Part shown: piece after piece, positions 16,847 through 25,398 of the stretch | Numbering within the stretch: position 1 is the stretch's first letter | Layout of the letters: the number at the start of each line of letters is the position of its first letter | From: Candidatus Moraniibacteriota bacterium | Lineage (GTDB): Bacteria > Patescibacteriota > Minisyncoccia > Moranbacterales > UBA1568 | Direction: 5' to 3' | DNA length: 64,000 bases | Assembly (NCBI GenBank): GCA_052034935.1 | Contig: JBPOIB010000003.1 | Location: 34,407 to 98,406, forward strand | Notes under the pieces: model-generated | Databases searched by the model: none | Told to the model about the DNA's origin: nothing | Seen by the model: only the letters and a program-made list of their open reading frames with translations | Made by a program: the position numbers and the translations under genes

Positions 16847-19150
16847 CTATGGATTTTGCTGGCCGGTCCCGTTTTGTCCGGCATTACTTGACGGCTGATT
16901 GAAGGCGGCTTGCGCATTTTGCCAAGCCTGTGACCGCTGAGCAGTTTGCTGGGTCTGTGTTCCAACAGAATCTTTAATCTCAAGCAACACTTTCATATCT
17001 TCGGGCTTTAGCTCATCTGACCTGAGCACTTTATCAAATGCATCCTTCTGGTTCTTCGCCATCTCTTCAAAATAAGCGCGCGCCTCTGGATCCGTACCAT
17101 TCGCCTGGGCACTTTGAATGAGCCCACTCTGTTTCGATAGATCCTTACTGCCCATTTTTAGAACATCCTTATAGACCTGCGCTACCGGGATTGGTCCGGT
17201 TCCTGAAGTCATTCTCCGAGCAATTTCTGCTTGAATTCTATACTCGGCCTTATTCTCCTTCTTGAGCGCTCCACTGTAAGCCTGCTGTAAATCAGTTTGG
17301 CGAGAACCATAAACCGATACATCCTTTCCGTCCTTATCTTTCTTAGTCTCGCCCAACATGCCAATGATCTTAGCATTAGTCGTACTATCCATCGATCCGA
17401 CCGCCGACGGTTTTGCCTTATCAAGAACCTGGTTAAATTCATCAGCATTCCCCTTCACTGCATCAAGTGAATCTGCCAACTGATTGGCCGTTCGAATTTC
17501 TCCCATCTGAGCCAAAGAAAGAGCAGCTACTCGCTTATCAAAATCGGATGACTTACCATCTTTTAGAGTTTCAAAGTGTTTCGTTGCTGTCACACCCTTA
17601 TCGATATTCTCCTTTACTGCCTTACGGGCACGATCGGTCTCGAGACTTCTGAGTTCCGCATCCGCACCTTCCTTCGCTGTAGACCATCCGCCTTCCCTCT
17701 GGACTCGGCCTTTACCGGCCGCAAACCTATCTTCAATCGCTTCCTTTCGGCCTTTGGCCGTCATAAACTTCGGAATATTTTTCCCAAATACTTTTCCACC
17801 GTCCGTAAACGATTCTTTCACGCCAGCCAATTCACCCCTCAATCGGTCATATGGCAACACCATGCGAGCCGTGCCGCCAGCAACGCTCTTCGCCGTGTTT
17901 CCGGCGAATTTGGCGGTATTGACGACTTTTGTCTTGGTATAATTTCCGATCGCCCGCGGCAAAGCATAACCGAGGCCGACGACGACCGAGGCGCCAACCA
18001 AACTCGATCTGCTTGCCATGCCGATGGTGAACCAGATCATGATGATCGGGATACAGAAGAAAACCACCTGAGCGAGAAAAGTTGCAGAAGCCGCATCCGG
18101 CGACTGGCCGCTCGAGTAGTCTCCGAGGCTCTTCCAAATGCCGCTCCCGGCAACGCCAGCCATGAATTTGATGCTGATCATCAGCATCAGTGCCGCCGAA
18201 GGTCCGAAAAGCGCGTATTTCCAAAAATACTCCCACCATTCGCGTCCGAATTTATCGAGACCCGGGAGGAGCGAGGCAGCAAAACCGATCGGGGAAAAGA
18301 TGAGCAGCATCGTGAGCGCGATCAGCCGGATGATCATCATGAGCGCGAGGACGAACAATGAGATGCTGAAGAGAAAAACGAAGATGATGCCCATGATGAG
18401 CGGTGCCATATCCCCTTCCTGAACATTGGTAAAGGCGGTCGCTCCGGTTCCCGAATAAGCGAACATCGACTGCATAGCGATCATCCCACCGGAACTTTTT
18501 CCGTCCCCGAGCACATCATTGATGAAGTAATACATCGGCACATTGGCGGCATCAATGAGGAAACGCGTGATTGGAAAGCTGAAATTGATGAAAAGCGCCA
18601 CGAGGAGAATATTCTTGAAGATATTCCGGATATTGAAACTGTCGACTTGGAAAATAGTAGCGAACGCGGAAAAAAGAAGGATAAGGATGAAGAAAAGATT
18701 GAAAAAATCCCGGATGAACTGCCAGAGGTTATAGACGGCGGGAAGATTCAATGTTCCACTAGTACCCGTCATCGTTGCCGGGTCGACCGTCCAAGCAAAA
18801 CCGGTCGCCGCTGGTATCATGACGAAGCGGAACAGGAAACTGAGAAACATCCCCAAAAGCTCGATGATGAGGTTTTTCAGGTGACAGCCAAATTCAAAAG
18901 TATCACAGGTACCTGGGGTAACAACCGGCGGAGCCGCCGGCGTTTGGCTCGTAGCACTGGCATCTTTTTTCCCGAGATCTTTGGTTTGTTCGTAAGGTCC
19001 AACACCTGCTGCATATGCTCCTTCAGGCGCCATTCCAGGATTATCTGCATGGACGTCAGCTACAAGGAAAAACCCACCCTGAACAAACAGTATCGCGAGA
19101 AGAATAAAACTGAGTCTCTTTTGTATTTTCTTTTTTTGCAACCACCCCAT
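16847..19150 (-). CDS. VirB6/TrbL-like polytopic T4SS membrane protein with a roughly 400-aa hydrophilic C-terminal extension
   Basis: Signal peptide, at least six TM helices, long charged C-terminal tail. The ORF track starts at GTG 19171; ATG 19150 gives a better signal peptide. Confidence 0.55.
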   Translation of the reverse strand: MGWLQKKKIQKRLSFILLAILFVQGGFFLVADVHADNPGMAPEGAYAAGVGPYEQTKDLGKKDASATSQTPAAPPVVTPGTCDTFEFGCHLKNLIIELLGMFLSFLFRFVMIPAATGFAWTVDPATMTGTSGTLNLPAVYNLWQFIRDFFNLFFILILLFSAFATIFQVDSFNIRNIFKNILLVALFINFSFPITRFLIDAANVPMYYFINDVLGDGKSSGGMIAMQSMFAYSGTGATAFTNVQEGDMAPLIMGIIFVFLFSISLFVLALMMIIRLIALTMLLIFSPIGFAASLLPGLDKFGREWWEYFWKYALFGPSAALMLMISIKFMAGVAGSGIWKSLGDYSSGQSPDAASATFLAQVVFFCIPIIMIWFTIGMASRSSLVGASVVVGLGYALPRAIGNYTKTKVVNTAKFAGNTAKSVAGGTARMVLPYDRLRGELAGVKESFTDGGKVFGKNIPKFMTAKGRKEAIEDRFAAGKGRVQREGGWSTAKEGADAELRSLETDRARKAVKENIDKGVTATKHFETLKDGKSSDFDKRVAALSLAQMGEIRTANQLADSLDAVKGNADEFNQVLDKAKPSAVGSMDSTTNAKIIGMLGETKKDKDGKDVSVYGSRQTDLQQAYSGALKKENKAEYRIQAEIARRMTSGTGPIPVAQVYKDVLKMGSKDLSKQSGLIQSAQANGTDPEARAYFEEMAKNQKDAFDKVLRSDELKPEDMKVLLEIKDSVGTQTQQTAQRSQAWQNAQAAFNQPSSNAGQNGTGQQNP

Positions 19151-19302
19151 AAAAAGCAAGATATAGCGCACTCAGTCAATATGAGAAATTATATCACAAG
19201 AAACATCATTTTCCGTAAAGAAAAACCTCCTTTATCTGAAAGAGGTTTCTTATTAGCTGCACTTGCTTCCGTAGCTGTTCAGACCCAATTGTCTTCGCGA
19301 GT

Positions 19303-20709
19303 CTAATACACGTACCCTTTGATGACGCGGCTGTTTCGCGACAACTGGCGAACACTCTTTTTCGCCCAACCGGTATAGTTCATCTCAGAAACCGTAATCG
19401 TATCCTTCGTTACCTTTTCGACATAGGCGACATGGCCATAATAGCGATCTTCAGTCGTGACAACGATTGATCCGACCGTCGGAGTCTTACCGGTCTTATA
19501 GCCGTAGGCACGGGCATTGTAGAGCCAGGTTCCCGCATTGCCACCCCAGGGAACATAGCGTTTCTGAGCCACGAACCAGGTACAGTAGCCGTAGGGGAAG
19601 CGATGGCCTTGGCTGATTTTCCCCTCCTTTGGTCGCGAGAAGCTCGGCGTGATGTCGGTGGCCGCTCCGCCGCTGGTCTGAGATGCATACTCGCGCCGCG
19701 CGAGCCCGGTCGAGTCTTGGCTCTGCGGGGGGAGCTCCTTCACTCCGCCCGGGATAACAATCTCCTCGCCGTCCGTCAGCTTCCCGTTCGCCGGCAATCC
19801 GTTGAAAGAAATAATCTGGCTTCGATCAGCCTTATACTTGGTGGCAATTGCATCGAGCGTATCCCCCGCCTGGACCTTATAGTTGAATCCACTCACCGGA
19901 GGGACGAAGATCTGGTCCCCCGGCTTGATGGAGTCGACATTATCAAGGACATTCGCCCAAAGAATCGTATTGACGGTCACACCGTTGGCGGCAGCGATGC
20001 CGGAAACCGTATCACCCAGCTGGACCGTGTAGAGCTTCACACCCCCGTCTTCTTCGGGCTCGCGAGCCCGCTGTGCGCTCATGGCACTAGTCAGGAACAT
20101 CTGATTTTCAGGCGACAGATACGCCTCTTCAAGCACGTCCGTGTCTGTTTTTGCCGAAAGATCGGCCGGTGTCGGGGCAGTGGCAAGAGAAACGAGCGAG
20201 AGGTTATGCCGCTTGGACTCCTGCGCGGCTCGGCGAGGCACGATTCGTCGCTCGGAAGACGAATCTATACCGAAGAAGCTGAGCAAGCGCTCTCGGCCGC
20301 CGGTCTCTTGAGCGTAATTAGTGATGGAAACAAGCGCCGCCGCTGAAATGACCAAGGAAAAAGCGGCATATTTTCGAAAAAGAATCACCGGGACATACCC
20401 CGAACGCTCTTTAAACCAGATAAGGAATTTGGTCTGCCACTGATGAAACGTGGTATTCCATTGCGTAAAATCAACCAGCTTTCTGGTTTTAGACCACCAT
20501 TTCTTCCCGCCTGATGAAAAGTTCAAAGAGATACCTGCACCCTTTCTTTTGGGAATATCGCTAGTTTCCGCCGTGGCAAGCCAGGACCAAAACATCGCTG
20601 AATTCCCCCAAGAGTTACAGAAGGCAGCATAACCAAAAAGCCCGCTTTGGTCAATCTGATTTTCGCTCTTTTTCTTGGATTTTCCCTTATTTGAGCTAAA
20701 AAGTTCCAA
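19303..20709 (-). CDS. Peptidoglycan hydrolase: N-terminal membrane anchor, two LysM domains, C-terminal CHAP domain (VirB1/PrgK analogue)
   Basis: LysM: YTVQLGDTVSGIAAANGVTVNTILWAN and YKVQAGDTLDAIATKY. CHAP: Cys and His in GYCTWFV...YGHVAYVE. Confidence 0.8.
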   Translation of the reverse strand: MELFSSNKGKSKKKSENQIDQSGLFGYAAFCNSWGNSAMFWSWLATAETSDIPKRKGAGISLNFSSGGKKWWSKTRKLVDFTQWNTTFHQWQTKFLIWFKERSGYVPVILFRKYAAFSLVISAAALVSITNYAQETGGRERLLSFFGIDSSSERRIVPRRAAQESKRHNLSLVSLATAPTPADLSAKTDTDVLEEAYLSPENQMFLTSAMSAQRAREPEEDGGVKLYTVQLGDTVSGIAAANGVTVNTILWANVLDNVDSIKPGDQIFVPPVSGFNYKVQAGDTLDAIATKYKADRSQIISFNGLPANGKLTDGEEIVIPGGVKELPPQSQDSTGLARREYASQTSGGAATDITPSFSRPKEGKISQGHRFPYGYCTWFVAQKRYVPWGGNAGTWLYNARAYGYKTGKTPTVGSIVVTTEDRYYGHVAYVEKVTKDTITVSEMNYTGWAKKSVRQLSRNSRVIKGYVY

Positions 20710-20770
20710 GGGGTCATCACGCCATGCTGGACGAGTACCGGAGCAACTTTAGATAGAAACTCAGCATTGA

Positions 20771-21781
20771 ATGGAAATCATTGCTACAATTCACTTATGT
20801 CGCATAATGTTTATGATTTTCTTTGACCCGCCGAAAAATGAAATTGAACGTCTCGCGAAAGAGTTCTCTGAGCACCTCGAGATTGAAATGAGCCGATCGC
20901 CCCGGACGCTTTCAAGCTATTCCCAGGCCTTGGCGGCTTTTTTCACTTGGGGGGAAATCGAGAGGCCGACTGATATGACGAGCGAGAAAATTCGGCAATA
21001 CCGTCTTTTCCTCAATCGTAAAGTCACTCGCCAGAATACAACCCTGAAACGCAGCACCCAGGCCTATCACGCGATTGTGCTCCGGACCTTCCTCAAATAC
21101 CTCTCCAAGCATGATGTCGTTGCCCTCGCCCCGGAAAAAATCGAGATCGGTCGCGTCCCGGAACGCCAGGTCGATTTTCTGGAATATGATGAGGTGGAAC
21201 GGCTGCTCGCTGGACCAATGGGCGATACGGTACGTGCTAAACGCGACCGCGCCATCCTCGAACTCCTCTTTTCCGCCGGACTCCGCGTTTCCGAGCTAAC
21301 CGGTCTCGATCGCGACCAGGTCAATCTCGGCAAAGACGAATTCAGCGTCCGTGGAAAGGGGTCAAAACTCCGCATTGTTTTCCTCTCCCCCTCCGCCAAA
21401 GAGGCGATTGAGGACTATCTCAAATATCGTACTGATATCGACCCTGCTCTTTTCGTTTCGCATCCGAAAAAAGGCCTGGTGAATAAGAAAAATGCCGGGC
21501 GCGATACGCTTCGCCTTACGCCCCGGACCGTCGAACGCCTCGTGAAACACTACGCGAAGAAGGCCGGCATCCTGAAAGATGTGCATCCGCACACGCTTCG
21601 ACACAGTTTTGCCACCGATCTGCTCCAAAACGGTGCCGACATCCGCTCCGTTCAAGCGATGCTCGGGCACGCCTCAATCACGACGACCCAGATCTATACG
21701 CACGTCACGAACGAACGGCTGAAAGAAATCCATCAGACTTTTCATGCGAAGCAGTCACGGAAAAAGAAAAACGACAACTAG
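20771..21781 (+). CDS. Tyrosine site-specific recombinase (XerC/XerD-like integrase)
   Basis: C-terminal HTLRHSFATDLLQNGADIRSVQAMLGHASITTTQIYTHV; the catalytic R..H..R..Y pattern is consistent. Confidence 0.85.
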   Translation: MEIIATIHLCRIMFMIFFDPPKNEIERLAKEFSEHLEIEMSRSPRTLSSYSQALAAFFTWGEIERPTDMTSEKIRQYRLFLNRKVTRQNTTLKRSTQAYHAIVLRTFLKYLSKHDVVALAPEKIEIGRVPERQVDFLEYDEVERLLAGPMGDTVRAKRDRAILELLFSAGLRVSELTGLDRDQVNLGKDEFSVRGKGSKLRIVFLSPSAKEAIEDYLKYRTDIDPALFVSHPKKGLVNKKNAGRDTLRLTPRTVERLVKHYAKKAGILKDVHPHTLRHSFATDLLQNGADIRSVQAMLGHASITTTQIYTHVTNERLKEIHQTFHAKQSRKKKNDN

Positions 21782-23100
21782 AAGAAGAACATGAAGAGCG
21801 CATTCGGAAACGATTTCTTTTGGAGCACATCGAAGGCTGACTGAAGTTCGCCCTCACGGCGGAGTGATTCGATCAAGACTGACTGACGGCGGTCTTCAAG
21901 GGAGGGATCATCAGTTCGCGGAAAAGTCGCAATCGCTTCACGCTCCCGGTCCAGCGCAACAAATGCCGCCTCGAACCTCTCTTTTTCTTCGCCGGCAACC
22001 GGTTTCAAACGGAACATCTGCTGAAACATATTCCCCTGTCGTTCGTGGAGCCATTGTTCGAGCGCGTACTCAGCCGCATGCAGCGTCCTCGCCAACCCTT
22101 CGAAAGTCTCTGTTGTTTCAGCTCGCAATTCTTCTCGGGAAACCTCTGGTATTTCTTCTTCTTTCTTTTCTTCCTGGATGCTCGTCCGATTCACGAGCCC
22201 GCCACATTCCCGGTCGATGAGACCAGCCTTGTTGCCACGAAAAATATTATCAATCGCTGAAATTGACCGGCGATAAAATGATGCATCCGCGCCACCGAGG
22301 CTTGGTGATAAACAGGACAGACCAAAACTCCGATTATCCGCAAAGGTATTACCTGAGAGCCTCACACTTCCCGGTGCTTTGCCGATGCCACTGTACGATT
22401 GGATTGTCAGGCCATCGGCTTTGTTGCCACGAAACGTATTATTCTGGATGACGAGTCGCGCCGAACCAGCAATGATTTCTGCACCACCCTCCCCATTGCC
22501 GATGAACTGATTGCCGGAAATCGTCCCTGTAACACCAGCCCGCACATCGAGACCCTCCTCATCATTATTATTGATGACATTGCCAGAAAGCATCAGATTT
22601 TTTCCGGGGAGAACATAGAGGCCTTTACGGTTATTCGTCACGCGGGAATTCCTCAGCGTCAGCGTACCGCCACCTTCCTGCGCGACGATGCCCGCGTCCT
22701 TGCCGCCACGGACCGTGACATTAATGAGCGTTACATTCGCTCCCTTTGCGATTGTGATGGGAATTTGATTCCCCGAAACGGTGACATTCGAGAGTGTCGC
22801 GCCGTTTTCGAGCTTGATATCACCCGAGATGATTGCCTTTCCCGGATTTGTCCCGGTCACCGTCACGCCGCTTCGGATAGTGAAATCCTCGTTTTCCTTT
22901 CCCTCAAAGAGAATCACCTTCTTGCCGGACTTCACCGCTTTTTCGAGTTCTTTGGTCGGCTTTTCCGCCGCGGTTGAGATGGCAGGAGAAAAGAGGAATG
23001 TAAGGAAAAGCCCGAAAAACAGGGCTTTCTTGAAATCGAATGGGGAGAGAGGGGGCATACTCATACGGCCCATTCTTTCAGACTTTCCGGAGCGGAGCAA
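21778..23100 (-). CDS. Secreted right-handed parallel beta-helix repeat protein (NosD/pectate-lyase fold)
   Basis: Signal peptide; repeated GxNxxxxN beta-helix turns (TLINVTVRGG, TLRNSRVTNN, SGNVINNN, ISGNQFIGN, IQNNTFRGN); C-terminal coiled-coil. The true start is probably an internal ATG near 23064. Confidence 0.6.
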   Translation of the reverse strand: MLRSGKSERMGRMSMPPLSPFDFKKALFFGLFLTFLFSPAISTAAEKPTKELEKAVKSGKKVILFEGKENEDFTIRSGVTVTGTNPGKAIISGDIKLENGATLSNVTVSGNQIPITIAKGANVTLINVTVRGGKDAGIVAQEGGGTLTLRNSRVTNNRKGLYVLPGKNLMLSGNVINNNDEEGLDVRAGVTGTISGNQFIGNGEGGAEIIAGSARLVIQNNTFRGNKADGLTIQSYSGIGKAPGSVRLSGNTFADNRSFGLSCLSPSLGGADASFYRRSISAIDNIFRGNKAGLIDRECGGLVNRTSIQEEKKEEEIPEVSREELRAETTETFEGLARTLHAAEYALEQWLHERQGNMFQQMFRLKPVAGEEKERFEAAFVALDREREAIATFPRTDDPSLEDRRQSVLIESLRREGELQSAFDVLQKKSFPNALFMFFF

Positions 23101-25321
23101 CCCCGAGCATCATTTTCTTTACACCGGCGCGCTTGAAGGCGACTGAAACCAGACTGCCGTCGAGCGCGATGACGAGACCGCTGCCGAACTGTTGGTGTTC
23201 GACCATATCGCCCGGCCGCAGGTCCTTGGCCGGAGCTATTGTTTCCCCCTCTATTTCTGCCGGTTTCGCCGCAGCGGTAAACCGACGGATCGGCGCCGCA
23301 TAGCTCTTCCGTTTCGGTTTGGAGAACGACAGATGGGTACCGTTCGACTCGCGCTTGATGATGAGTGCTTCCGGGATCTCTTCGACAAAACGCGATGGCG
23401 GGTTCATCTGTGTCGATCCGAAAATTGTCCGCATATCGGCATGGATGAGATAGGCCTTCGTCTTCGCGCGCGTGAGTGCCACATACATAAGCCGGCGTTC
23501 CTCTTCGAGCTCGGGCGCCGAAAGCGCGCTCCTCGAATGCGGGAATATCCCTTCCTCGAGGCCAATAATGAAAACGACCGGAAACTCGAGACCCTTCGCT
23601 GAGTGCACCGTCATGAGGTGGATGGCGTCCGATCGCTGATCAATCGTGTCCGTATCGGACGCGAGCGCCACTTCCTCGAGGAAACGACTGATGGCTTCAC
23701 GGACCGGCACTCCGTCAAATTTTTGAGCGACTGAAAATAATTCCTGGACGTTCTCCTCGCGCACTTCGCCCTCCGGTGTACCATCGCGGAGACTCTCGAG
23801 ATAGCCACTCTCACGCGTGATGACATCAAGCAGCATGCGGAGCGTCAGGCCCTCCTCATGAAGCAGGCTGTCCTGCCAATGAGCGAAGAGATCGGTAAAA
23901 TTCTCAATCGTCTTGATCTTCCGTTCCGGTAACAGGTTCTCTGCTTTGAGCGCACCAGTCGCGGAAAGGAAGTCCAGACCCTTCGCTCGGGCCATATCCA
24001 CCCAGATCTTGAGCGTGGTCGGTCCGATACCGCGTTTCGGTTCATTGACTACGCGCTCGAGCGCGATGAAGTCTTTCGGATTCGACAGGAAACGGACATA
24101 CGAAATAACATCCTTCACCTCTTTGCGCTGATAGAACTTCAGTCCGCCGACGATCCGGTAGGGCAGGTTCTCGCGAAGAAACGCTTCTTCAATACTCCGC
24201 GACTGAGCATTCGTCCGGTAGAGGATAGCGAAGGAGTGGTAGGGAAGTTGTTTCTCCCGGACCAGTGTCTTGATCTCGCGCGCGACGAAGCCCGCTTCAT
24301 CATCTTCGCTTTCAGCCGGATAGAGCGCGATTGAGTCGCCCGCCCCCTCGTTCGTCCAGAGCTTCTTGTGGCGCTGATTTGCATTGTTGCTGATGACGGC
24401 CGTCGCTGCGTCGAGGATAATCTGCGTCGAACGATAGTTCTGGTCGAGAGTAATAACCACTGCCTCGGGATAATCTGTCTCGAACGAGAGGATATTGCGG
24501 ATATCTGCCTGTCGCCAGGAGTAGATTGACTGGTAGTCGTCGCCGATGACGAAAAGATTGCGATACTTCGCCGCAAGGAGCTTCACCAAGCGATACTGGA
24601 GCGGGTTCGTATCCTGATACTCGTCCACCATGATATAGCGGAAGGTCTCTTGGTAGCGCTCGAGTACGTCGGGATGCTCGGCCAAGAGCCGAACAGTGAG
24701 GAGAATGAGGTCGTCGAAATCAAGCGCGTTCGCTTCCTGGAGCCCCTGCTGGTAGCGGGCGTAGACTTTCCCGACGAGCTCTTCGAAATAGCTCTCCGCC
24801 ATACTGAGAAAACGGTCCGGGGAGAGCTCACGGCTCTTCGCACCAGAAATCGCTTCGAGGACGGAGCGTGGCTTCACCTGGTCCGGATTCATCTCGAGCT
24901 CTTTCATCGATTTCTTGACGAGCGCAATCTGTTCGTCGGCATCGATGATATTGAAGTCCTTGCTGTAGCCAAGCCGGTCGATATCGCGCCGGAGGATACG
25001 GGCCGAGATATTGTGGAACGTCCCGATGAATTGCGGCATCCGAAAGTGCTTTCCCCCATCCTGCACCGCCTGCTCGAGCATCCGTTCCACGCGCTCACGC
25101 ATCTCCTGGGCCGCTTTATTCGTGAATGTGACCGCCAAGATGGATTCCGGTGCTACTCCCTTGCCGGCAAGCAGATAGGCGATGCGATGAGTCAATGTCT
25201 TTGTCTTACCACTCCCCGCTCCTGCCAAGATCAAGACCGGCCCCTCGGTCGTATCGACGGCGCGCTTCTGCTCTGGATTGAGCCCGGATTCCCAAAATGA
25301 CATAGGTTTACATTGTAGCAT
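23078..25321 (-). CDS. UvrD/PcrA-family ATP-dependent DNA helicase
   Basis: Motif I AGAGSGKTKTLTHRIAYLL and the remaining SF1 motifs. Confidence 0.9.
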   Translation of the reverse strand: MLQCKPMSFWESGLNPEQKRAVDTTEGPVLILAGAGSGKTKTLTHRIAYLLAGKGVAPESILAVTFTNKAAQEMRERVERMLEQAVQDGGKHFRMPQFIGTFHNISARILRRDIDRLGYSKDFNIIDADEQIALVKKSMKELEMNPDQVKPRSVLEAISGAKSRELSPDRFLSMAESYFEELVGKVYARYQQGLQEANALDFDDLILLTVRLLAEHPDVLERYQETFRYIMVDEYQDTNPLQYRLVKLLAAKYRNLFVIGDDYQSIYSWRQADIRNILSFETDYPEAVVITLDQNYRSTQIILDAATAVISNNANQRHKKLWTNEGAGDSIALYPAESEDDEAGFVAREIKTLVREKQLPYHSFAILYRTNAQSRSIEEAFLRENLPYRIVGGLKFYQRKEVKDVISYVRFLSNPKDFIALERVVNEPKRGIGPTTLKIWVDMARAKGLDFLSATGALKAENLLPERKIKTIENFTDLFAHWQDSLLHEEGLTLRMLLDVITRESGYLESLRDGTPEGEVREENVQELFSVAQKFDGVPVREAISRFLEEVALASDTDTIDQRSDAIHLMTVHSAKGLEFPVVFIIGLEEGIFPHSRSALSAPELEEERRLMYVALTRAKTKAYLIHADMRTIFGSTQMNPPSRFVEEIPEALIIKRESNGTHLSFSKPKRKSYAAPIRRFTAAAKPAEIEGETIAPAKDLRPGDMVEHQQFGSGLVIALDGSLVSVAFKRAGVKKMMLGVAPLRKV

Positions 25322-25398
25322 TCATCCCTGATTCTTCACTCATCCAAGCCTTTTTCGGCCGAAACTGCAGAAAATACTGCATGGTATAATGGGAAACT

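Noticed and set aside
21782-21900. Search for an att-site direct repeat of the tRNA-Leu 3' end beside the recombinase
   Set aside because: Only a weak 8-nt similarity (gattcgat) was seen, which is insufficient. The integrative-element hypothesis is left as low-confidence.
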